Positions 27,704 through 35,508 of a DNA stretch of 35,508 nt are shown piece after piece. The translations under genes and the position numbers were made by a program. The notes below the pieces were generated by a model. The model saw only the letters and a program-made list of their open reading frames with translations. It was not told the DNA's origin and ran no database searches. Position 1 is the stretch's first letter. Each line of letters starts with the position of its first letter. This DNA is from an uncultured Fretibacterium sp. (GTDB lineage: Bacteria > Synergistota > Synergistia > Synergistales > Aminobacteriaceae). The stretch is taken from NCBI RefSeq assembly GCF_938040765.1, contig NZ_CALIAA010000088.1, forward strand, positions 1-35,508, given 5' to 3'.

Positions 27704-28794
27704 AGGTCCCCGCAAATACCCTGAGCCCCCAGTTCGAGCTTTTTCGCGAAGAGTATCTCGAGGCGGCCGGCCGGGTGCTTCGCTCCGGTTGGTACGTCCT
27801 GGGGAAAGAAGTGGAAGCCTTTGAGGAGGAATTCGCCCGCTTCACGGGAAGCCGGCACTGCGTGGGCCTGGCCTCGGGATTGGACGCGCTCGTCCTCTCG
27901 GTGCGCGCCCTCGACATCGGTCCGGGGGATGAGGTCATCGTCCCGTCGAATACCTATATCGCCTCCGTCCTGGGCATCACGGAGCGCGGCGCCACCCCTG
28001 TTTTCGTGGAGCCCGACGAATTTTACAATCTCGATCCCCTGCGGATCGAGTCAGCCATCACGAAACGCACCCGGGCCATCATGCCGGTCCACTTGTACGG
28101 CCAGCCCTGTGATATGCCCTCCATCCGTACCGTGGCTGAAAAATATAAACTCTTCATCATCGAGGACTGCGCTCAGAGTCACGGAGCCTCGGTGTCGGGA
28201 AGGATGACGGGGTCCTGGGGGACCATCGGCTGCTTCAGCTTTTTCCCTACCAAGAATCTGGGGGCCTTCGGAGACGCCGGAGCCGTGGTCACGGATTCCG
28301 ATGAGATTGCCCAGCGCATCCGCCTCCTGAGAAACTACGGCAGCATCCAGAAGTACGTTCACGAAATCGAGGGGGTCAATTCCCGCCTGGACGAACTCCA
28401 GGCCGCGCTGCTCCGCGTGAAGCTCAGGCACCTGCCTCAGCTTCAGCAGGGACGTCAACGGGTCGCCGATCATTACAGAAGTGCCATCACCAATCCCTCG
28501 ATCGGGCTCCCCAGGGTCAGAGACAACGTCGAGCCCGTGTGGCATCAGTTCGTCGTCGCATCCGATAAGCGGGACGCTCTGCAGCGCCACCTGAAGGACG
28601 CGGGGATCGGCACTCTGATTCACTACCCCATTCCGCCGCACCTCAGTCGGGCCTATTCCCGCCTGGGTTTCGGAAAGGGCGATTTCCCGATCGCGGAACG
28701 CTGTGCGGACACGGTGCTGAGCCTGCCCGTATATGACGGGATATCTCCGGCCGAGATAGATTATGTCTGCGCCGCCATCAATGACTTTGCATAG
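27700..28794 (+). CDS. DegT/DnrJ/EryC1/StrS PLP aminotransferase (FdtB/QdtB-like, C3)
   Basis: GTGA overlap. SGWYVLG, PVHLYGQ, IEDCAQSHG, SFFPTKNLGAFGD, NSRLDELQAA. Confidence 0.93.
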   Translation: MKVPANTLSPQFELFREEYLEAAGRVLRSGWYVLGKEVEAFEEEFARFTGSRHCVGLASGLDALVLSVRALDIGPGDEVIVPSNTYIASVLGITERGATPVFVEPDEFYNLDPLRIESAITKRTRAIMPVHLYGQPCDMPSIRTVAEKYKLFIIEDCAQSHGASVSGRMTGSWGTIGCFSFFPTKNLGAFGDAGAVVTDSDEIAQRIRLLRNYGSIQKYVHEIEGVNSRLDELQAALLRVKLRHLPQLQQGRQRVADHYRSAITNPSIGLPRVRDNVEPVWHQFVVASDKRDALQRHLKDAGIGTLIHYPIPPHLSRAYSRLGFGKGDFPIAERCADTVLSLPVYDGISPAEIDYVCAAINDFA

Positions 28795-29902
28795 TCGAGA
28801 GGTTTCCCTCGAGCGCCCCGCGAAGAAGCCGCTGCGCGTCGCCTTCCTGCTCCGCGACGCCGGGGAGGGCGGCGCGGAGCGATCGTCGCTGAGGCTCGCC
28901 AACGGGCTGGCACGCAGAAACGTGGAGGTGACGCTCCTCCTTCTGAGGGTGCGCGGCCCGCTCCTGGATTTCATCGATCCCGCCATAAGGACCGTGGACC
29001 TGCACGGCTCCTTTCTCCGCCTGCTGCAGGAGCTTCGCGCCCGCCCCACGGACTTTCTCCTGCCCGTCTACACATCCATGCGCGCGCTGTTGGCGAAACG
29101 GATGCTGGGGGGCCCCTTCAGGGTCGTCCTCTCGCAGCGCAACATGTTCACGATGGACCGGGGCCCACTGCAGACGCGCCTGCGTTTTCTGCGATGCCGC
29201 CTGCTTTACCCCGCAGCCTCCGCCTGCGTCTGCATCTCGAACGGGGTGGCCGGGGAGATGAGAGGGCTGCACCTCCTTCCTCCCGACCGCATCCGCGTCA
29301 TCTACAACCCCGTGGTGACGGACGAGCTGCTGGAGGAGGCCCGGGCTCCCGTTCCGCACCCCTGGCTGGCTCCCGGAGAGCCTCCCGTCGTCCTCGGCGC
29401 GGGGCGCCTCGGGGACCAGAAGGACTTCGCAACGCTCGTGCGCGCCTTCGCCCTCCTGGCCCGGGACCTTCCGGACGTGAGGCTGATCGTTTTGGGGGAG
29501 GGAAAACAACGCAGAATGCTGGAAAGGCTGATCGAGGAGAAAAACCTGACCGGCCGCACCCTGTTGCCCGGCTACTCGCCCAATCCCTACGCCTGGATGT
29601 CCCGTGCCGCGGTGTTCGCCCTGACCTCGCGCTTCGAGGGGTTCGGCAACGTCGTGGCGGAGGCGTTGGCCTGCGGCTGCAACGTTGTCTCGACCGATTG
29701 CCCGAGCGGTCCGTCCGAGATCCTGGACGGCGGACGGTACGGCCGGCTGGCGCGGGTCGGGGACCCTGAGGACGTGGCCCGCGCCCTCAGGGAGGCCCTG
29801 TCGCATCCTCTGCCGTTCGAGGACCTGCGCGGGCGCGCGGCATTTTTCTCCGAGGAGCGGGCGGCGGAGGCCTGGCTGGAGCTCTTCCGCGACCTGGCGT
29901 AA
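28781..29902 (+). CDS. Glycosyltransferase family 4
   Basis: GGAER, VIYNP, GRLGDQK, SRFEGFGNVVAEALACG (ExxxxxxxE). Exact start uncertain. Confidence 0.92.
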   Translation: MTLHSREVSLERPAKKPLRVAFLLRDAGEGGAERSSLRLANGLARRNVEVTLLLLRVRGPLLDFIDPAIRTVDLHGSFLRLLQELRARPTDFLLPVYTSMRALLAKRMLGGPFRVVLSQRNMFTMDRGPLQTRLRFLRCRLLYPAASACVCISNGVAGEMRGLHLLPPDRIRVIYNPVVTDELLEEARAPVPHPWLAPGEPPVVLGAGRLGDQKDFATLVRAFALLARDLPDVRLIVLGEGKQRRMLERLIEEKNLTGRTLLPGYSPNPYAWMSRAAVFALTSRFEGFGNVVAEALACGCNVVSTDCPSGPSEILDGGRYGRLARVGDPEDVARALREALSHPLPFEDLRGRAAFFSEERAAEAWLELFRDLA

Positions 29903-29935
29903 CGGGCCCCCAGCGAATTTCACCGGGACGGTTTT

Positions 29936-29944
29936 TGATACAAT
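29936..29944 (+). promoter_or_regulatory. Extended -10 (TG-A-TACAAT) internal promoter for hldE
   Basis: TGATACAAT in the 173-nt gap upstream of hldE. Confidence 0.55.
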
Positions 29945-30075
29945 ACGGACGCGCCGGCCCGTTTTCCGGCAACCGGCACGGAACGCGCGCCGGCCGAGCA
30001 AAAGGTAAAAGAACGAAACGGAAAAATCGATCACGAGGGCAGGACGATGCCCGATGCCCTCCTCCGAGGTCCGAC

Positions 30076-31536
30076 ATGCAGAACAGTCTTCAGACAACGC
30101 AGGCTTTGCTGGATTTCCTTCGCTCCCACAGAACGTCCGAGGTCGCCGTCGCGGTCCTGGGGGATGTGGTGCTGGACCGTTACCTCTTCGGCGCGACCTC
30201 CCGCGTATCGCGCGAGGCTCCCATCCCCGTGGTCGTCTGTGGGGCGGAGACCGATAACCTGGGCGGCGCCGGAAACGTCGCAGCGAACCTTCGAGGGCTT
30301 GGCTGCCGGGTCCTCCTGTCGGGGACCGTGGGGAACGATCCCGGGGCGGAACGGGTCCGAGTCCATTTGCAGGAATTGAACATCGAGTCGGAGCTCCTCG
30401 CCCGCCCCGGTCCGACCCTGACGAAGACCCGGCTGCTCTGCGGCGGCCAGCAGGTGGCACGGTTCGATCACGAGACGGTGACGCCATTGACGGATGCCCA
30501 GATGGAGAGGGCCCTTCGCTTTCTGGACCATGCCGCCGCGGAGGGGGCCGGAGCCCTTATCCTCTCCGATTACGGCCTGGGATTCTGCACCGACGGGCTG
30601 TGCACGGCGGCGATCGCACGGGCGAAAGCGCGGGGCATCCCCGTGTTCGTCGACCCCCGGGGCTCCGATTGGTCGAAATACCGGGGGGCGGACGTCGCGA
30701 CCCCCAACCTGGGGGAGCTGGCGGCCGTCCAGGGTTCCCCCATCTCGAACGAGGACGACAGCGTCGCGTCGGCCGGGGGGGAGGTTCGGCGCCGTTACGG
30801 CATCGGACGCCTCCTCGTGACGCGCTCCTCGAAGGGGATGAGCCTGCTCGGCGACGAGCCCCTTCACATCCCGGCGAGGCCCGTCGAGGTGTTCGACGTC
30901 AGCGGTGCCGGGGACACCGTCATCGCCGTTCTGGCCGCCTTTTCCGCTGCGGGGTTCGACATGGAGTCCGCGGCCCGCATGGCCAACGAGGCGGCGCAGT
31001 TCGTCGTCACCCGGTCCGGTACCTATCCCATCTCCGCCCAGGAACTGCTGGACGAGTGCGCCCGCGAGGCGCGCCTCACGAGCCCCATCGTCGGCGCCTC
31101 CGAGGCAGCGGCGCAGGTCCGCGCCTGGCAGGAAGAGGGGCTGCGGGTGGTCTTCACCAACGGATGCTTCGACGTACTCCATGCCGGACATCTGGACAGC
31201 CTGCGCCGGGCCCGCGCCCTTGGAGACCGCTTGGTCGTGGGGCTCAACAGCGACCGATCCGTCAGGGCCCTCAAGGGTCCGTCCCGTCCCGTCAACACGG
31301 AGGGGAACCGCGCGCTCCTCCTGGCCGCGCTGAGGCCCGTCGATCTGGTGGTCGTGTTCGACGAGGATACCCCGGCGGCCCTGCTCTCGGAGCTGAGGCC
31401 CGACGTGCTGGCGAAGGGCGGCGACTATCGGGCCGAGGACCTCCCGGGCCGGGAGTTCGCGGACGAGGTCGTCATTCTGCCGCTCGTCGAGGGGCTTTCG
31501 TCGACGGGGATTCTGGAGCGCGGAGCGCCGCGCTAA
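30076..31536 (+). CDS. hldE: Bifunctional heptose-7-phosphate kinase / heptose-1-phosphate adenylyltransferase
   Basis: ATG 30076 after GAGGT. Kinase motifs GDVVLDRY, RVSREAPIPV, DVSGAGDT. Transferase motifs FTNGCFDVLHAGH, KGGDY. Confidence 0.96.
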   Translation: MQNSLQTTQALLDFLRSHRTSEVAVAVLGDVVLDRYLFGATSRVSREAPIPVVVCGAETDNLGGAGNVAANLRGLGCRVLLSGTVGNDPGAERVRVHLQELNIESELLARPGPTLTKTRLLCGGQQVARFDHETVTPLTDAQMERALRFLDHAAAEGAGALILSDYGLGFCTDGLCTAAIARAKARGIPVFVDPRGSDWSKYRGADVATPNLGELAAVQGSPISNEDDSVASAGGEVRRRYGIGRLLVTRSSKGMSLLGDEPLHIPARPVEVFDVSGAGDTVIAVLAAFSAAGFDMESAARMANEAAQFVVTRSGTYPISAQELLDECAREARLTSPIVGASEAAAQVRAWQEEGLRVVFTNGCFDVLHAGHLDSLRRARALGDRLVVGLNSDRSVRALKGPSRPVNTEGNRALLLAALRPVDLVVVFDEDTPAALLSELRPDVLAKGGDYRAEDLPGREFADEVVILPLVEGLSSTGILERGAPR

Positions 31537-31558
31537 GAACGACCGGGAGGAACAGGAC

Positions 31559-31605
31559 AAGGCCGGCCCGCGCTTTGGAGGTCCCAAGGCGCGGGCCGGC
31601 CTTTC
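31559..31605. terminator. Bidirectional terminator hairpin
   Basis: AAGGCCGGCCCGCGC (31559-31573) / GCGCGGGCCGGCCTT (31589-31603) between convergent genes. Confidence 0.8.
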
Positions 31606-31624
31606 ATTCGCCGAGCCTCGGATC

Positions 31625-32752
31625 CTACAACCCTGCGAGGAAGGCCATCAGCAGCCCTCCGGCGAGGACCGAGCCTATCTGTCCGGAGACGTTGGCCCCG
31701 ACGGCCTGCATCAGGATGAAGTTGTTCTTGTCCTCGGCCGTGGCCATCCTCTGAATCACCCGCGAGGACATGGGAAAGGCGGATATGCCCGCCGCGCCGA
31801 TCATGGGGTTGATCTTCCGGCGCAGGAAGAGGTTGAGGACCTTCGCCGTCACGACCCCCGCCGCGGTGTCCAGCACGAAGGCCACCAGACCGAGCCCCAT
31901 GATGCCCAGGGTCATCGGCCTCAGGAAATCCTCGCCCGTCATCTTGGTGGAGATGGCGAGCCCCAGGAGGATGGTCACGATATTCGCCAGCTCGTTCTGA
32001 GCCCCCTTCGCCAGGCGGTCCACGACGCCGCTCTCGCGCAGCAGATTCCCGAACATCAAGAAGCCGATCAGGGCCGCCGACGCAGGGACGAGGAAGCCGG
32101 AGATCAGGGTGACCAGGATGGGAAAGAGGACCTTCTTTCGTTTGGAGACCGGTTTTTCATGGTACGGCATGGCGATGCGCCTCTCGGCCGCGGTGGTCAG
32201 CAGACGGATCACCGGCGGCTGAATGATGGGCACCAGCGCCATGTAGGAGTAGGCCGCGACGGAGATCGACCCCAGAAGCTGCGGCGCGAATCGGTTGGCG
32301 ACGTAGATGGACGTGGGGCCGTCCGCGGCCCCGATGATGCCGATGGACGCAGCCTCCCTGAGGTCGAAGAACCCCGTGGCGTAGGCCAGCCCCATGGTCA
32401 GAAAGATTCCGGCCTGGGCCATCAGGCCGAAGATCATCGTGACCGGCGTCTGAAAAAGGGGCGTGAAGTCGATCATGGCCCCAACGGCGATAAAGACCAG
32501 GAGCGGGAACATCTCCGTCTGGATCCCCATCTCGAAGAGCCGGCTGATCGCCCCCACCTCGACGCCGTTCCCCACGACGTGCGTCAGGGCGGACGAGAGC
32601 GGGATGTTCACCAGCAGGGTGCCGAACCCCATGGGGAGCAGAAGAGAGGGCTCGTATTCCTTGACCGTGGCGAGATAGATCAGCAGGAGCCCCACTCCGA
32701 CCATCACGACCTGCTGCCAGGTCAGGGCGGAGAGTCCGTGAAAGAGTTCCAT
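31625..32752 (-). CDS. Sodium ion-translocating decarboxylase beta subunit (OadB/GcdB/MmdB family)
   Basis: 375 aa. YEPSLLLPMGFG, IGIIGAADGPTSIY, AAYSYMALVPIIQPP, GAAGISAFPMSSR, GANVSGQIGS. Confidence 0.95.
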   Translation of the reverse strand: MELFHGLSALTWQQVVMVGVGLLLIYLATVKEYEPSLLLPMGFGTLLVNIPLSSALTHVVGNGVEVGAISRLFEMGIQTEMFPLLVFIAVGAMIDFTPLFQTPVTMIFGLMAQAGIFLTMGLAYATGFFDLREAASIGIIGAADGPTSIYVANRFAPQLLGSISVAAYSYMALVPIIQPPVIRLLTTAAERRIAMPYHEKPVSKRKKVLFPILVTLISGFLVPASAALIGFLMFGNLLRESGVVDRLAKGAQNELANIVTILLGLAISTKMTGEDFLRPMTLGIMGLGLVAFVLDTAAGVVTAKVLNLFLRRKINPMIGAAGISAFPMSSRVIQRMATAEDKNNFILMQAVGANVSGQIGSVLAGGLLMAFLAGL

Positions 32753-32843
32753 CGTGATTCCGAGAGCCTCCTAAAAAAGTATAGAGAATAGATTTATTGT
32801 ACGATACGCCCGGCATCCGAAAGGCTGCGGGGACCTGCGGCGT

Positions 32844-34007
32844 TCAATAGGCCAGCTTGTAGATCTCCAGGACGTCGTTCGCATCGAGGGACTTCAGGAC
32901 TCCGAAGTTTCCGCGGGCAGAGGCATTGGCGGCCAGCCGCGCGATGTCCGCCTCCCCGATGTTCAGCTCCCGAAGCGTGGTGGGGGCCCCTACGGAACGG
33001 AAAAAGTCCTCCAGCAGATCGATTCCCTCGACCGCCCGCTCCTCCTCCGAGCCGTCGAAGACGTCGAACACGGCCTCCGCGAGACGCGCAAAGGGCGCCG
33101 GATGCCGTTTGCAGAGGTAGCGGGCCCAGGCCGGCATCATCACGGACAGGGAGGCCCCATGGGGAACGTCGAACAGGAGGCTGAGCGAATGCCCCAGCTT
33201 GTGGGAGGAGAAGTCTCCGCGGGCCGCGCGTCCGCAGGAGAGCGCGCCGTTGTGCGCCAGAGAGCCGGCCCAGGCGTACTCCGCGCGCGCGTCGTAGTCC
33301 TCGGGCTCCTCCAGCAGGTCCGGGATCAGGCGGGTCATGCTTCGGAGCAGGGCGTATCCCTGTTCGTCCACCAGCTCCACCCCCTCGTCGCCATCCAGAA
33401 CGCGCTCCAGGACGTGAGCCATGATGTCGATGCCGCCGTAGACGGTCTGGGTCTCGGGCAGGGAGAACTGGAAGGACGGGTCGATGGCCGAGACGCGGGG
33501 GTAGAGCAGAGGGCTGTTCATGGAGGTCTTCGCCTCCTTCTCGGGGTTCGAGACGACCGCGATGCCGTTGACCTCGCTGGAGGTCGCCGAGGCCGTCAGC
33601 ACACCGAAGATCGGCAGGGCCCGCTCCACCTCCCTGCCCTCGAAGAAGTCCCAGGGATCCCCGTCGTAGCAAGCTCCGGCTGCGACGGCCTTGGCGGAGT
33701 CGAAGACGCTGCCCCCGCCGACCGGCACGATCGCGTCAACCGGGGACGCCTTGATGCGCGCCACGGCCTCCCGGACCTTGTCGATCCTGGGATTCGGCCT
33801 CACACCGCCAAGTTCGGGAAAGGCAATGCCCTTCTTCGTCAGGGCATCGGCCACCTGAGTGTAGACGCCGTTCTTGAAGATCGCCTTGCCCCCATAGAGC
33901 AGAAGGACGCTCTCGACCCCGGCGGCCTCCAGCTGATCCGCAAGCTGGAGGACCGTCCCCCGGCCGAAGAGCACGATCGTTGGGTTCCACCACGTAAAGT
34001 TTTTCAT
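32844..34007 (-). CDS. Iron-containing alcohol dehydrogenase (butanol dehydrogenase/YqhD-like)
   Basis: MKNFTWWNPT..LFG, GGVRPNP, VGGGSVFD, LTASATSSE. Metal ligands in DIMAH, HKLGH, PHG. Confidence 0.93.
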   Translation of the reverse strand: MKNFTWWNPTIVLFGRGTVLQLADQLEAAGVESVLLLYGGKAIFKNGVYTQVADALTKKGIAFPELGGVRPNPRIDKVREAVARIKASPVDAIVPVGGGSVFDSAKAVAAGACYDGDPWDFFEGREVERALPIFGVLTASATSSEVNGIAVVSNPEKEAKTSMNSPLLYPRVSAIDPSFQFSLPETQTVYGGIDIMAHVLERVLDGDEGVELVDEQGYALLRSMTRLIPDLLEEPEDYDARAEYAWAGSLAHNGALSCGRAARGDFSSHKLGHSLSLLFDVPHGASLSVMMPAWARYLCKRHPAPFARLAEAVFDVFDGSEEERAVEGIDLLEDFFRSVGAPTTLRELNIGEADIARLAANASARGNFGVLKSLDANDVLEIYKLAY

Positions 34008-35419
34008 CTCTCCGCGACCTCCCCGGGAACGGGGTCCCGCTCCCGATCCGATTTGCCGGGCTCCGCCCCCCTGCCGTCGCAGCGGTCGAACCCCATTTTT
34101 TTATAGTATCGCAGCAACAGGAAAAACGCCAGGATTCCCCCGCCCATATCCAGAGCGGGGAAGCAGGCCCAAACCCCCTTCACGCCCCAGAACTTCGGCA
34201 GGATGAGGATTGCGGGGATCAGCATCAAAAACTGACGCGACAGTGAGAGCAGGAGCGACAGCCTGGCGCGTCCCAGCCCCTGGAAAAAGCTGTTCGCGAT
34301 CAGGGCGATGCCCGAGAACACGACCCCGGCATAGGCGATGCCCATCCCCTCGGAGGCCAGGATCAGAAGGTCGGGATCCGCCGTGAAGAAGAGCATCATC
34401 TCGTTCACGAAGAGGCGGACGATCAGGACGCTCCCGACAAAATAGCCGGTCGCGAGGATCAAGGCCCATTTCAGGGCTTCCAGCACACGTCCCAGGAGCC
34501 GCGCGCCCCAGTTGTAGCCGAAGATGGCCTGAACGGCCTCCCCGAGCCCGATGACCGGCAGAAACAACAGCGAGTCCCAGCCCAGAAACGCTCCGAGCGC
34601 CGAGACGGCGATGGGGCCGCCGTAGGTATTCATGGAGCGGTTAAAGAGAATGAAGAACACCGAGAAGGAGACCTCGGTCAGGCAGGGCGGGAACCCCAGG
34701 GCGAGGATGCGCTTCAGGACGTCGAAGCGCGGAATGCAGCAGGACGAGCGGATACGCAGGCAGCCTCCATACCGCCAATAGAACGAGGAGACCCAGAGCA
34801 CGCTCAGCATCTGGGAGAGGATGGTTCCCCACGCGGCCCCGGCGATGCCCCACCCCCATCTCCAGATGAAGAGGGCATCCAGGATGGTATTGGAGATGGC
34901 CCCGATGACCTGCGTCCCCATGGCGAAGAGCGGCCGACCCTCGGCCTGCACGCAGAAGTTCATCGCAAACGAGAGCATCGCGGCGGGGACCCCCATGAGG
35001 ATGATCCGCATGTACTCCCGGGCCATGGGGAGCAGTTTCTCGTCCGCCCCGCTCAAGCGGAGCAGGGAATCGGTCTCCAGCATGCCGAAGACCATCAGGA
35101 TGACGCTGAGGATGAGGATGGACGAGACGACGTTCCCCAGCACGAGCTCCGCCCGCTCCGGGTTCCGCTCGCCCAGTGCGCGGGAGATCAGGGGTAAAGC
35201 CCCGATTCCGAACAAAAAGCACAGGGAAATGAGGATCAGCATGAAGGGGAAGCAGACGCTGATGGCGGCGAGCCCCTCGGGGCCCACGACCCGTCCGACG
35301 AACATGCGGTCCACGATGTTGTACAGGGAACCGGCCAGCATCCCCGCGATCGACGGCAGCGCAAAGGCCACGATCAGTTTCAGCACGGGCTCGCGCCCCA
35401 TTCGCTCCGGTTGGAGCAT
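34004..35419 (-). CDS. MATE family efflux transporter (MepA-like)
   Basis: 471 aa, about 12 TM. ALPSIAGML..SLYNIVDRMFVG, GIAGAAWGT, GYNWGA, SLSRQ. Stop overlaps the ADH start (ATGA). Confidence 0.95.
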   Translation of the reverse strand: MLQPERMGREPVLKLIVAFALPSIAGMLAGSLYNIVDRMFVGRVVGPEGLAAISVCFPFMLILISLCFLFGIGALPLISRALGERNPERAELVLGNVVSSILILSVILMVFGMLETDSLLRLSGADEKLLPMAREYMRIILMGVPAAMLSFAMNFCVQAEGRPLFAMGTQVIGAISNTILDALFIWRWGWGIAGAAWGTILSQMLSVLWVSSFYWRYGGCLRIRSSCCIPRFDVLKRILALGFPPCLTEVSFSVFFILFNRSMNTYGGPIAVSALGAFLGWDSLLFLPVIGLGEAVQAIFGYNWGARLLGRVLEALKWALILATGYFVGSVLIVRLFVNEMMLFFTADPDLLILASEGMGIAYAGVVFSGIALIANSFFQGLGRARLSLLLSLSRQFLMLIPAILILPKFWGVKGVWACFPALDMGGGILAFFLLLRYYKKMGFDRCDGRGAEPGKSDRERDPVPGEVAER

Positions 35420-35472
35420 CTCGCTTACCCCCTCGAAGGCTCAGAAAAGATACTTCAAAAATCCGTCAGCCT

Positions 35473-35481
35473 ATAATATCA
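35473..35481 (-). promoter_or_regulatory. Putative extended -10 (TG-A-TATTAT) for the MATE-ADH genes
   Basis: Minus strand TGATATTAT, overlapping a plus-strand TATAAT (35472-35477) that may serve a divergent gene outside the window. Confidence 0.45.
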
Positions 35482-35508
35482 CAATAAAAAATTCTCATTG
35501 GCCCGTGA

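Overview
High-GC bacterial chromosomal segment with no rRNA, tRNA, CRISPR, phage or transposase signal. The mix of Kdo/heptose LPS genes, a Firmicutes-like Fhs, an OadB-type Na+ pump subunit, a GLUG-repeat protein and extended -10 promoters suggests an anaerobic diderm, most likely Synergistota (Fretibacterium-like); this assignment is inference. Left to right: a CofE-like glutamate ligase upstream of an exported CapA-family protein (truncated at the window edge); a tandem-GAF-like protein with no output domain; a secreted GLUG-repeat protein; a self-contained three-gene operon (zinc-ribbon membrane protein, SPFH protein with three zinc ribbons, 4-TM 'YSDP' protein); fhs; three hypothetical genes; a minus-strand run of MoxR, DUF58, transglutaminase, DUF2179, PAS-GGDEF and deoxynucleoside kinase; an LPS cluster (kdsA, kdsD, kdsB, two GT8, rfbB, rfbA, fdtA-like, fdtB-like, GT4, hldE); and a MATE transporter, Fe-alcohol dehydrogenase and orphan decarboxylase beta subunit. 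The best candidates for an uncharacterised system are the SPFH/zinc-ribbon operon (5537-8307) and the CofE-like/CapA pair. Two small tandem repeats sit at translation starts inside the LPS cluster. All family calls come from motif recognition by eye; no searches were run.
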